Below are positions 10,858 to 23,135 of a stretch of DNA of 46,378 bases, one piece after another. Source of the stretch: Octopus bimaculoides (Eukaryota). Below the pieces are notes generated by a model. The model had not been told where the DNA came from. It was given only the letters and a program-made list of their open reading frames with translations, and did not search any database. The translations under genes and the position numbers were made by a program. How positions within the stretch are numbered: position 1 is the stretch's first letter; the number at the start of each line of letters is the position of its first letter. The stretch lies in contig NC_068982.1 of NCBI RefSeq assembly GCF_001194135.2, positions 42,442,113 through 42,488,490 on the forward strand, given 5' to 3'.

Positions 10858-13800
10858 CACACACACACACACAATATATATATATATATATATATAAAAT
10901 ACAAAATGGGACAAGAACGCAAAACATCCAGACAGTTAGGTGATACAAAAAAGGGACAACAACACATCCAGATAGACAATACAAAGAAAACAAGGACGAG
11001 TGATTCGTAGTTTTCTATCCTCAGTCGACTTCCAGATTATCTTTGCAATTTCGGCTGGTTATACTCGAGATTGCTCCAATCTGGCTAGCCCCAAGGAAAA
11101 ATTAAGCTAAGAGCATTAGATTTTTTGGGAAGAAAGAAACGAATGTATATGGAAACAAGGACGGAAAAAAACGGAATTTTTTTACATTAATACAAATAAC
11201 AGGACATAACAACAAGTGTCTTTCGACTAAGGACGAATTAAATTAAGCTGGCGTATGTGGAACTAAAGCCTTACGGCAGGGACGCACGATTTCACAGGCA
11301 CAGGGAAGAATATAGATGTTGCACGGATGGTAGTCGAACCAAGAAAGAGGATGTTTATGGTTTACGTCACGGCTTACAATTTTGTTCCAATTGCTTCCAA
11401 ATTTTGTATATGGATTAAGTTTTGTATACTAGTTGTGTAGATGAAATTCATTTTCCCTATAAATCCATAATTGAAAAGTCATTAGCCTTTAAAATTTGCA
11501 AAATTTGCGTATTTTAGCCAATCAGAAGCGAGTATTTTAGACATCACCGTGGCGACACCAAAGCAAAAAAATCACGTGTTCGATAACTGATTGCCAAGAA
11601 CTCTGTTTTCATAGTAATTAAAGATGCCGCGCATGCGCACAAGGAGTGTAACCATCACTTGTTCTACAATTGTTTATTTTTATAACAGACGGAACTCACA
11701 CTCAACAATTTTAGTTTAATGTTTTGACATGATGATGTCCCCCGCCCCCTGATAATAGGAGACGCAGCGAACGCGCCGTTTTCTGATTGGCTGAAAATTC
11801 TGAAAATTATCAAACTTTGAACACCTGTAACATTTTTGAAAACTTTTTCTGGAATAAGTGAATAACAAATAAAAACGGAGAATTATAATAGTCACTAAAT
11901 GTGACTAGGATGTTAAGAAACACCTACATTGCTAGAAATAAGAGCTAAAATGATCTAATGCTGTTGTTAACGAACATGAGTGAAAACATACACACTAACA
12001 GAGACCTGAATAATCCGAAACGTGCCGATCGAGAATCCTTAATACTGACGTTAATTCCGGTAATTTCCGTTGTCTCATCAGTTAAGCCCGCTCGATCTCG
12101 ACTTTTGTCGTACTGGCTTCTCCATTAGACTATATATATTTTCGCCACACAAATTGATGGAGCGACAAAGCTACTTTTTACATAGATTTTCGAAATATGT
12201 TTTCAAGGATATATTTTTTTTATTGAGATTCCTTCAAAAACAACTGTGTTAAGATCTGAAGTTCTTAAATTTACATCTTCAGACTCTGCAACCCACTCAA
12301 AATTTTGAATAATGAGCTAAAAATCAATTCAAAACACGTTTGCCGTTCCTCATTTTGGTTTTTACATTCATTGTTACGAATTAATTTTCTTTTGTACCAT
12401 TCTTTAGAAACAAAACTTTTGAAATCTCAAGCTCTAAAATTCATATCTTCATGCTCCGCAACGCGCTCAAAATTTCGAAATTATGTGAAATAAATAGACT
12501 TTTCAACTTTGTTTTCTTTATTATTTTTAATACTAGGTCACCGAATATTTGTTGCATTGTTTTTAAACACTTTGTTTGAAACGATGACATTTTTTTCCCA
12601 TTTTTCACAGATTTTAGTAATGCTTGGTACTTTAGATAAAAGTTTAAGATTTTCGGTTTAACTGACTCAATCGTAACGCAAGGGATGGATGCCTTTCGCC
12701 AAAGAAGAATTATATTTTCTACTACAATCTTGACAGTTTGTTTAATTAATGGATCTTTCTTAACTCATTTTTTTCTTTTTCTCTTTCAAATGAAACCCAT
12801 TTTTGTACGTCCTTGTAAGTTGGCAAAACTCGTTCGCCAAGATCACATGGAGTACTAAATATTGGGCATTCAATATCATGATGTGTTATTGGCTTATGAG
12901 TCATCACTAAATATAAACAACACTAAATTTAGTATGATCATTAATTTTAGTACAGTGGCCTAAAGTCAAAGTACAAAGCAGAAAACTTCACATACGTACG
13001 ACGTGCGTCCACACACAACGACCGTTGCAGCGGCACTGGAGAGAAGCTCACACTCCCGTTCTCTTTATAGTCAATGCAGGTAGGTACACACAGGAAAAAG
13101 AGAACTAAGTGCATATAACAGAATTTATTAGTTTGGAATAGTTAATTCACACCATTGAATATTTTTCTTTATGTGAAAGTAAAATTCGGTCAGTTATTCG
13201 GCGGCGTCGTCTTGGTGTATATACTACCCCCTTCTGTAGTTTATCTTATCATCTCACACGTCTCTGATTAACTCCTTTCCTCTCTGGTTTCTTTACCTTA
13301 TTTCATTGATGTCATCGTATTATATCTGACATCGCAGTGTGACGACGTCTTTCTGTTTAATATCAATAGCACACGTTATATATTCTTTTCAGATCTTCGT
13401 CTGTTAACTGTATTGCCAATCGTTGAAAAGAAAGTCATCGACTCGATTATTATTTACTCGTCTACACCTTTATCTCAAATCCCATTTAAACATCTCTTTT
13501 TCCCTAGTTTTCTTCCCTCCATCCCATTACTCTACCTTTTTTTTAAAAAAAAAGCAATAAGTTTTACTCGCTGTTGTCTCGAGCATCTTATTCACATATT
13601 TCTTTCTCCACCTTATTTTTTGTTTTCATTTCCACTCTCACGCCCATTTTCTTTGGCATCACCTCCTTCTAGCCTTATTTCTCATTACTCCTATCTCTCT
13701 TTTGTCACTCAATCTCTCCACACCATTCACAAACGCACAAAAATCCCAATACATATACTTATACACACACTTACACTTATATAAAACACCTGTAGCTTTA

Positions 13801-14380
13801 AACCGCTTACATTTCGTATATAAGACATGTAGAATAACATTTTTCTGAATGTAGCTTCAGCATTTGGTGAAAAACGTGCCACGGATCACATTTTTTAGAG
13901 CGTAAGCTTTTGTAGAATGGTTAGAAAGAGCATATGCTTTTGTTGTATTAACGTCTATCCTTTCTTTCTTTGTTTGTTTCTTTCTTTCTTTACAGATAGA
14001 TAGATAGATGGCCTCCTTTGTTTTTCTTTCTTCTTCATATTTCTTGGTTTGTCATCGTGCGTCTTCCAGATTTCGTGACCATTTTCACCTCTTTATATTC
14101 TGTAAAATGCGCACACCNNNNNNNNNNNNNNNNNNNNNNNNNNNNNNNNNNNNNNNNNNNNNNNNNNNNNNNNNNNNNNNNNNNNNNNNNNNNNNNNNNN
14201 NNNNNNNNNNNNNNNNNNNNNNNNNNNNNNNNNNNNNNNNNNNNNNNNNNNNNNNNNNNNNNNNATATCCAACATTTCCATCAACACAACCACAATCAAC
14301 ACCCACCACCACCACCACCACCACCACCACCACAACCACGTCTCCAACGTCTCGCCGCCTCCACCACCACCATATATATA

Positions 14381-14600
14381 TATGGATCAAAACAGTCTGA
14401 TTTAAATTCGTTGGTACTCTTGAGTTTCAAGTGTGATGCTAGTCTTCAGTCATTTTGAATTTGAATGAGAGAAGTTGATTGTTATTACTGTATGGTGGGC
14501 TGCGATCGGTCGTGGAAGGTCACGCAGTGTCGTGGTTTGATGTTGGTATATCGGTAACAGTTGGTTAGAAAATACCGCATGGTGAAAAGGAAATCGACAA
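14381..14600 (-). repeat. Inverted copy of the Penelope pseudo-LTR segment
   Basis: Reverse complement aligns with 16187-16425 (e.g. ACTAGCATCACACTTGAAACTCAAGAGTAC, ACTGTTTTGATCCATA). Confidence 0.85.
14411..14455 (-). ncRNA. Degenerate hammerhead-ribozyme-like motif in the PLE pseudo-LTR (second copy at 16352-16398, +)
   Basis: CTGAAGA-N14-GAA-ACTC-AA-GAGT-A; stem II does not pair and stem I is weak. Confidence 0.35.
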
Positions 14601-14607
14601 TTCCTTC

Positions 14608-16430
14608 TGAGTGAAGAAATAAGGCGGTCCATTGTTCGATGTCTATGGGGAGCTTTGATGGGATGAAATCGCCGACCTCGTCGGGTTATACATCTTGAAT
14701 ACCACCAACTTGACTACGGTCGATTTCTTCGACATAACCTTAGACCTGAAATGGGAAAGTATTACCTGTGGAGGAAGCCTAATGATGAAACAGTATATGT
14801 CCACAAGAATTCAAACCATCCCCCTGCTGTAATTAGAAACCTTGTTTCAGGCATTAGTAAACGACTATCTAATCTCTCGGCCAATAGAGAGATCTTTAAT
14901 AAGGCTGATCCACGCCACAACGATGTTTTGGCTAGGAGCGGGTTTACTGAGAAGTTCACGTAGGTGGACAACCCCCAGACATCCTCTCCTCACCCCAAAA
15001 GTATTAGGAAAAGGAAAATTATATGGTATAGCGCCACTTTCAACCTAGAAGTTTCCATCAACATCGCTAAGGGCTTCCTGTCGTTAATAAAGAAACACGT
15101 CCCCAAAGGTCACTTGTATTACAAACTCTTCAAACCCCGTAATGTCAAGGTGAGGTACTCCTGCTTAAACAACATTGCAACTAAAATCGTACGCATCAAA
15201 AGACGTAAAAATGCACCCAGACCACCCCAACCCCAACATGCAACCTCCGAAATCCCACCATGTGCCCTCTAAAAAGCAGCCTGCCTCTCAAGGGCCATAG
15301 TATACAGAGCCACACTTACACTCTCCGATGGCATTACTAATCACTATATGGGTATGACAGCTAATGACTTCAAAAGAAGATATTCCCAGCATATGCACCC
15401 GTTCAGATCCAGTGACAGAGAGAACTCTACTTCCCTGTCTCGTTTTCTTTGGAGACTCCGTGACTTTCGGGTTGAAACACCCAGTATGAAATGAACTCTT
15501 ATTGACAGAGTGCCACCATATTCACCCGGTGCCCCCAACTGCCAGCTCTGTCTCCGCAAAAAACTGCATATCCTCCAACAACCCGCAGTATACATCAACA
15601 AGAAATACGATTTCTCTTATTGCTGTCACCAGAGGCATGCCCATCTGGCAAATTTCAAGCCCCTGACTGCCGACAACTCGGATATATCACTTTAGTACTA
15701 GCTACAACCTTGCATCACTTGTACCAAGGTCACCGCCACCAAGAAACCCCATGAGCAGGACCGCCAATTACCAATCTCTAACGCTTACCAACCTCCAACG
15801 CTTAACATTCCCCAACGCTTGTTATGCGCATGTGTAATCATGCATGCGTGCGCGAGTACGTCTGTGCACGTGCATACGTGTGTGCGCGCACACTGATATG
15901 CATGCATGCGCATATACATATGTACATATAAATGAATACGCATGTGTGTGTGCGTACATGTGTATGCATGTGTGTATGTGCATGTATGTGTGTGTGTGCG
16001 CACGCGCAAGTTCGTTCATATATGTGTGTGGATGTGTGGGCGTGCGGGTGCGCACCTATCTACAGATGTGCACGTTTGCAACAATGCAGACATGCACGCA
16101 AAATCATATGAGCGCGTCTACACATCCACTTATATAACTATATAGTTGCACATACCACACTTCGTACTTCCCCTCCAACAACCCGACCGATTTCCTGTCC
16201 ACCATGCGGTCGAATTCCTGTTTACCATACAATATCTTCGAACCAATTGTTACAGATATAACAACATCAGGTCATAACACCGCATGGCCTTCCTCGACCA
16301 ATCGCAGCCCACCTTTCAGTAAAAGCAATCGACTTTTGTCATTCAGGTTCAAAATGGTTGAAAACTAGCATCACACTTGAAACTCAAGAGTACGAACGAA
16401 TTTGAATCAAACTGTTTTGATCCATACGTG
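14608..16430 (+). mobile_element. Penelope-like retroelement (RT remnant + GIY-YIG endonuclease + 3' pseudo-LTR), degenerate
   Basis: LFDV.MGSFDG.EIADLVGLYILN, DFFDITLDL, RKPN..VYVHKNSNHPP, RKRKIIWY, AIVYRA...YMGMTANDFKRRYSQH, NSTSLS, CQLCLRKKL, CCH; YxDD segment deleted; stops and frameshifts. Confidence 0.92.
15825..16140. repeat. Degenerate (TGCA/TG/CA)n microsatellite inside the PLE 3' region
   Basis: Direct reading. Confidence 0.9.
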
Positions 16431-16466
16431 TAACTCCCAAAACATTTGTTTGTCCACTCACTCGTA

Positions 16467-16520
<54 letters not shown>

Positions 16521-16566
16521 CAGAGAGTAAGAGAGAGAAAGTAATAGGGAGAGTGATAGCCATAGT

Positions 16567-16601
<35 letters not shown>

Positions 16602-17394
16602 TTACACACATATACATACATTGCGTTACTTATACGTACGTTTTATTTCAGAGTCGCAATGCCTTCATTTCGTTTGTATGTTGTATATTTATTTTGTATG
16701 CATATTTACATTTATATTCGCACCTACTACCTGTGTTGTGTTTGTTTTTGTCACTGTCCCTAACGTTCACTTACTATTCGCAGCAGCCTTTCGCTGTTGG
16801 TGGTACCACAAATGAACAATATTACCGTTAAGAACGTGAAATTGTAATGAATTCTTAAGGGGACGTTAACTGACCAGGAAAGAGCATGTCAGTGTCTTGT
16901 GTGTGAATTTTCCGTTTGTTCCTTTGTCGTTTCGCTTTTGGAACTAATTATTTAATGTAACGTCAAGCACCCATTATATATATATATATATATATATANN
17001 NNNNNNNNNNNNNNNNNNNNNNNNNNNNNNNNNNNNNNNNNNNNNNNNNNNNNNNNNNNNNNNNNNNNNNNNNNNNNNNNNNNNNNNNNNNNNNNNNNNN
17101 NNNNNNNNNNNNNNNNNNNNNNNNNNNNNNNNNNNNNNNNNNNNNNNNNNNNNNNNNNNNNNNNNNNNNNNNNNNNNNNNNNNNNNNNNNNNNNNNNNNN
17201 NNNNNNNNNNNNNNNNNNNNNNNNNNNNNNNNNNNNNNNNNNNNNNNNNNNNNNNNNNNNNNNNNNNNNNNNNNNNNNNNNNNNNNNNNNNNNNNNNNNN
17301 NNNNNNNNNNNNNNNNNNNNNNNNNNNNNNNNNNNNNNNNNNNNNNNNNNNNNNNNNNNNNNNNNNNNNNNNNNNNNNNNNNNNNNNNNNNNNN

Positions 17395-17444
<50 letters not shown>

Positions 17445-17996
17445 GTATATAGTCAATCTCTCTATACATACGTACACAGACGCACGAACGCGTGCGCACG
17501 TACACCTACACACTCACATATACACACCCATATGACTACACAAGGAAAGAAAGTGAAAAGGAGAGAAATACAAAGACAAGGATTGTTACCGGTTGAATGA
17601 ATAAAATGAAGGTCTCCTGATTAGAGAGTTCAGAGTTCGTATGCTGTTAACAGTGATGCACAGAAGTCATGGCCATAAGATTTAGATATTGAATTTCTCA
17701 ATTGGCCTAACTGTAAATAAAAGCATAGGGTCTTATATACATTAACGCTCATATCCACGCGCACATATATACATGAAAAAAAACTCAAAAAACAAATGCG
17801 ACCTTTCTACGTTTATTCATGTTTGCGTATGTGTAAATGTGCATATGTGTATGCACGTATGTATGTGTGTGTGCATTTGCATCTGTGCAGTGACCTCCAT
17901 GTTTGCATGACTCTTACACAGAGGCAAACACAACAGAATGTATTCTTAAAACATAATTTGATTAAAAAACAACGGTTATATCACGTTCATTTATAT

Positions 17997-18395
17997 CAGT
18001 GGTTTTTAACCGGGGTTCAAATGACCTTCCATATAAGATTTTGTTTTTAAAAAAAATTATATGCAATAAATTGGTTATATTTCTACAAAACACAAAATAT
18101 TTTAACAATCTTTTTATACGTAACTTGGCGGTTCGGCAAAAGAAACCGATAAAATAAGCACAAGGCTTGAAAAAGAAGTACTGGGATTGATTCATTCGAC
18201 TAAAAATTCAAGTCGGTGCTTCAGCATGGCCGCAGTAAATGACTGACACAAATAAGACGTCAAAGTATGCCTTTTCATGTCTAATTATAAAAACACATAA
18301 TCGGATTTTTTAAACATCGAGTAGTATTGAGGGTCCACCCGAGTAAAAATAGTAACCGAAGTGGTCCCTTGCTAAAAAGTGGTTGAAATCCACTG
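17997..18395. mobile_element. hAT (Charlie-type) MITE with a nested SINE B tail fragment
   Basis: TIRs CAGTGGTTTTTAACC / GGTTGAAATCCACTG; SINE B tail at about 18118-18255. Confidence 0.75.
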
Positions 18396-18514
18396 ATTTA
18401 AGCCAATTATTTGAAGCGGGTGCCGGATATTTCAGGATGAGCTTGTATTGGTAATAGGGCTGCGTTTTGTCTATCGTAATCGCTACTGAGGCTAGCTTTA
18501 GCTAGGTAAGAAAG

Positions 18515-18692
18515 AATAATGATTTCAAATTCTGGCACAAGGCCAGCAGGTTCGAGTGGATGTGTAAGTTTACTGTATTGACCCGACGCTTGTGCTCACC
18601 TGGTAGTTTTTTTTATTGACTCCGAAGGGATGAAAGGCATAGTCGAAATTTGAACTCAGACCGTAAAGCCGGAATAAACGCCACTAAGAATG
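18515..18692 (-). mobile_element. SINE family A (partial)
   Basis: Reverse complement of tail, central domain and B-box (TTTGAACTCAGA). Confidence 0.85.
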
Positions 18693-18735
18693 TTTCCTTA
18701 ATATGACAAAAAATAAGGCAAATAGCATCATTATA

Positions 18736-18900
18736 AGCGTAGGAGTGGCTGTGTGGTAAGTAGCTTGCTTACGAACCACTTGATTCCGGGTTCAGTCCCA
18801 CTGCGTGGCACCTTTGGCAAGTGTCTTCTACTATAGCATCGGGCCGACCAAAGCCTTGTGAGTAGATTTGGTAGACGGAAGCTGAAAGAAGCCCCTCGTA

Positions 18901-18973
<73 letters not shown>

Positions 18974-19197
18974 ATGTGTGTGTATATGTTTGTATGTCTG
19001 TGTTTGTCCCCCCAACATCGCTTGACAGCCGATGCTGGTATGCTTATGTCCCCGTAACTTAGCGGTTCGGCAAAGTGACCGATAGAATAAGTACTAGGCT
19101 TGCAAAAAATAAGTCCTGGGGTCGATTTGCTCGACTAAAGGCGGTGCTCCAGCATCATCACAGTCAAATGGCTGAAAAAAGTAAAAGAGTAAAAGAG
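18736..19197 (+). mobile_element. Full-length CORE-type tRNA SINE, family B, with an internal (TA)n(TG)n microsatellite
   Basis: Head GCGTAGGAGTGGCTGTGTGGTAAG...GGGTTCAGTCCC, CORE-like CACCTTTGGCAAGTGTCTT, microsatellite 18899-18985, tail ending (GTAAAAGA)2. Confidence 0.9.
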
Positions 19198-19199
19198 CA

Positions 19200-19375
19200 T
19201 TGTTGCAGTTTCAATAATGTTGGAAAAAAAGAGCTCTTACTGGAAACCACAAATCGGAAGCAAACTTCTTTTAATATCATGTATAAAATGAAAAGAGGTT
19301 GACATGAAGCAGTGATGATTAGTAAGAGATATCAGGGGAATAGGGAGGATGTTGCAAAATCTCATGAATAAAAAA
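19200..19375 (-). mobile_element. mariner transposase C-terminal relic
   Basis: HEILQHPPYSPDIS matches the mariner (W/E)VLPHPPYSPDL motif. Confidence 0.7.
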
Positions 19376-20139
19376 AATTAAAACAAAAAATTTAAAAACA
19401 AAAATGAAAACGGAGAAAACAACAGAAATGCTGGAAACGACGAAAGAAGCGAAATAGGGCAGGTGAATGAAACCAAAAACTGAGAGGGAAGTAATTACAA
19501 AAGAGTAGGAAAAGATGTTCATCGAGAGAAGAAAAAAAATCAAAAGAAATCATTGAATAATTCTAGAAAATATAACACAGATGCAAGATATGTTTATGTA
19601 TGAATATTCTATTTTAACGCTTTGGCTGAATAAAGTTGGGGAAATACTTGCATGTGATACTAATTTCTGAAAAGAGCAGATGATGAGGTTGCCAGCAAAA
19701 CTCATAACCTGGTAAATTATGTGAGAATTTTGCTGAGTCGATGCTTTGTAAAATGAACTGGCATGGAGTTCATGAATATAATTTAAGGTTTTTAATTAAT
19801 TCCCAGCGGAAATTGGCGCTATGTTTTTGTATTTGAACCACCTGCAATTTTGTCAAGTACAGTATGTGTGTCTTTATTGTTAAATGTATTTGCCATATGA
19901 TCACTCTAACCGGGTATACACACACGCGCGCGCACACATATACACAAATATATGTATATATATAGATCTACACATATTTTTATATATACATAGAGACATA
20001 CACGCACATAACCACACATACGCACACATTCATATATACATGTGTGTGTATATACGTATATATATATATATATATATATATGACGAACTCTCCCGTCGAA
20101 AACAACGTATGATCGTTCAGCTTTTGCCGAACTATGTGC

Positions 20140-20362
20140 ACAAATGATTTGTTTATAGTGATCAAATGTTCTTGCAGCACATTAGGTCACACTTTCCATC
20201 AAATCGACGTTGTGTGGAACAGGTGCATGGTGTACTATGCGCCTGGTGTCGAAGTGATCGGTGAGCATCGTGAGATGAAGTGTTTTGCTAAAGAACACAA
20301 CGTACCAATTTAAATCACGATCTACCGATTGTGAGTGCAACACCCTAACCACTAAGCCATGC
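20140..20362 (-). mobile_element. CORE-type SINE, family D head with a different 3' part
   Basis: GCATGGCTTAGTGGTTAGGGTGTTGCACTCACAATC...GTGTTCTTTAGCAAAACACTT. Confidence 0.75.
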
Positions 20363-20369
20363 AACCTTA

Positions 20370-20425
<56 letters not shown>

Positions 20426-21212
20426 NNNNNNNNNNNNNNNNNNNNNNNNNNNNNNNNNNNNNNNNNNNNNNNNNNNNNNNNNNNNNNNNNNNNNNNNNNN
20501 NNNNNNNNNNNNNNNNNNNNNNNNNNNNNNNNNNNNNNNNNNNNNNNNNNNNNNNNNNNNNNNNNNNNNNNNNNNNNNNNNNNNNNNNNNNNNNNNNNNN
20601 NNNNNNNNNNNNNNNNNNNNNNNNNNNNNNNNNNNNNNNNNNNNNNNNNNNNNNNNNNNNNNNNNNNNNNNNNNNNNNNNNNNNNNNNNNNNNNNNNNNN
20701 NNNNNNNNNNNNNNNNNNNNNNNNNNNNNNNNNNNNNNNNNNNNNNNNNNNNNNNNNNNNNNNNNNNNNNNNNNNNNNNNNNNNNNNNNNNNNNNNNNNN
20801 NNNNNNNNNNNNNNNNNNNNNNNNNNNNNNNNNNNNNNNNNNNNNNNNNNNNNNATATATATATATATATTAGTTTTCCCTTCCCTGTTTATACATGTTT
20901 AACATTTTACCTGAGGATGGTGGATTTATGTTATTATGTAATCTATGAATACATAAAAGAAATGCTACTGAAACAGGTGTTGTAAATTTTAGACCCCACT
21001 AGCGTTCTGTTATACACACATGAAATTTTTTAAAGAGGGGATATATGACATACGTCATAAAGGAACATGGATCATACTTTGATTAAACAAATCAATTCTT
21101 TAACACTTCTGAAACATTTTATTGTTACCTTTCAAATACGACATTTCATGTGAAACAACCTAATATATATATACGATAAATAAGAAAATATTCGAATGAT
21201 TATTCATATAGA

Positions 21213-21265
<53 letters not shown>

Positions 21266-21343
21266 GCAGTAAATATATAAATAATTAATGATAATAATAA
21301 CAATAATATTAGAGGCGAGCAAGCAAAGTTATATGGCTAATCA

Positions 21344-21710
21344 ATAAAAATTTATAATTAATATAATTATAATAGAGAGTACACGAAGTACCAGCTTGCT
21401 AGAAATAAGAGTTAAAATAATCAAACAAGCCACCAAAACTCATTGAAAATCATAAGAGACCAACAGAAATCAGGCAAACGAGCAGAGAAAATTTAACATT
21501 TTAACTCAGCTGAAAGCTATAGAATTAAGTAATATATATACCTATATCATGATTTCATATTCTGGATAACACCTCAATTCTCTTCAGCAAGTCTTACTAT
21601 GATTTTCAGTGAGTCTGGTGGCTTGTTTGGGTATTTTATTTCTTATTTCTAGCAAGCTGGTACTTCATGTACTTTCTATTATAATTATTTATTAATTATA
21701 AAATTTTATA
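21344..21710. mobile_element. Foldback/MITE with roughly 115-bp terminal inverted repeats
   Basis: TATAATAGAGAGTACACGAAGTACCAGCTTGCTAGAAATAAGA...CAAACAAGCCACCA...TGAAAATCATA is mirrored at 21590-21710. Confidence 0.85.
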
Positions 21711-21774
21711 TATATATATATAATACATACATATATATCTGTCTGTCTGTCTGTCTCTATATTAATACATATAT

Positions 21775-21990
21775 GTGTCTTTGTTTTTGTCTCACCACCA
21801 CCACCACTTCAGATCCGATGCTGGTTTATTTACGGTCTCGTAACTTAGCAGTTATGCAAAATAAGAGACACATCGAATAAATACAATACTCAATAATAAG
21901 TATCGGTGTCAATTTGTTTCTCTAAATCCTTCAAGGCGGTACCCCAGAATGGCCAAAGTCTAAAAACTAACAACCAAAACAAGTAAAAGT
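21775..21990 (+). mobile_element. SINE B 3' half (decayed)
   Basis: CCGATGCTGGTTTATTTACG..CGTAACTTAGC...AAGGCGGTACCCCAGAATGGCC...AAACAAGTAAAAG. Confidence 0.75.
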
Positions 21991-22049
21991 TACGATAGAA
22001 GGTATCGTTTATTTATTTCACTTGTGACACATTAAATCGCAGCTGGGGT

Positions 22050-22203
22050 ATAGCTTTAAAGAATTTAGTCGACCAAATCGACCCTAGTATCCGAGTACTT
22101 TTACCATCGTTCTCTTTTTGTGGAACAGCTAAGTTGCGGGGACGTAAATAAACCAACACCGGCTGTCAATCGGTAGAGGCAGTCAAACACAAACATAAAG
22201 ACG

Positions 22204-22242
<39 letters not shown>

Positions 22243-22385
22243 ACAGTCTCACACGCGCACACAGCCATGTATATGTGTTTGTGTCTATATGTGACGAGTT
22301 TCGTTCACTTTGTGTCTACCAAATCCATTCATGCAGTTTTAGTCAGTCAGGTGCAGAAGACACTTGGCCAAGGTACTACACCATG
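22050..22385 (-). mobile_element. SINE B (minus strand, internal CA microsatellite)
   Basis: Reverse complement of CORE (AGAAGACACTTGGCCAAGG), microsatellite and tail. Confidence 0.8.
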
Positions 22386-22752
22386 GAACTCAATAAAAGC
22401 GTAGCCAGGTTCTAACATAAGTGGAAGAGAGCAGGTATCATTATATGAGGGTTAGGGTTGGAAATTAGTTCACAAATCAGTGGTTTGGGATATGTGAATT
22501 AATAGAGATCAATGAACATTTCTTCTAACCTTTTGTTAGTCACATGGAGTGCGTTGTCAACTTTTTTTTAGCTCCCTGCTTTAGTGAAGGTGTGTTGCAG
22601 GAAGTGTGACGCAGTCATGGCTCAGTAGTTGTGGGAGGTAGACGTCGGTTTTGTCTAATCAACACGTGTGACTAACGGCAGTTTTGATTTAATGCGTATT
22701 GTAACGGAGGTTGCCTGTTATGTTATTTTTTTAATGTTAATATTCATCATAG

Positions 22753-23135
22753 TTGTTGGCACTCCGTCGCTTACGACGACGAGGGCTCCAGTTGATCCGA
22801 TCAACGGAACAGCCTGCTCGTGAAATTAACGTGCAAGTGGCTGAGCACTCCACAGACACGTGTACCCTTAACGTAGTTCTCGGGGATATTCAGCGTGACA
22901 CAGTGTGACAAGGCTGACCCTTTGAATTACAGGCACAACAGAAACAGGAAGTAAGAGTGGGAGAAAGTTGTGGTGGAAGAGTACAGCAGGGTTCGCCACC
23001 ATCCCCTGCCGGAGCCTCGTGGAGCTTTAGGTGATTTTGCTCAATAAACACTCACAACGCCCGTTCTGGGAAACGAAACCGCGATCCTATGACCGCGAGT
23101 CCGCTACCCTAACCACTGGGCCATTGCGCCTCCAC
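22753..23135 (-). mobile_element. Full-length tRNA SINE, family C, with 11-bp TSD
   Basis: Head GGAGGCGCAATGGCCCAGTGGTTAGGG...GGTTTCGTTTCCC; TSD ATTCATCATAG at 22742-22752 and 23136-23146. Confidence 0.92.

Noticed and set aside
10995-11030. Hammerhead-like CTGAGGA-TAG-AAAA-CTA-CGAA on the minus strand
   Set aside because: Lacks A15.1 (GAAT rather than GAAA), and stems I and III do not pair; the surrounding 10900-11370 may be a repeat but cannot be classified from this window
22447-22460. Telomeric TTAGGG (also about 40227)
   Set aside because: Only 1-2 units; not an interstitial telomeric array
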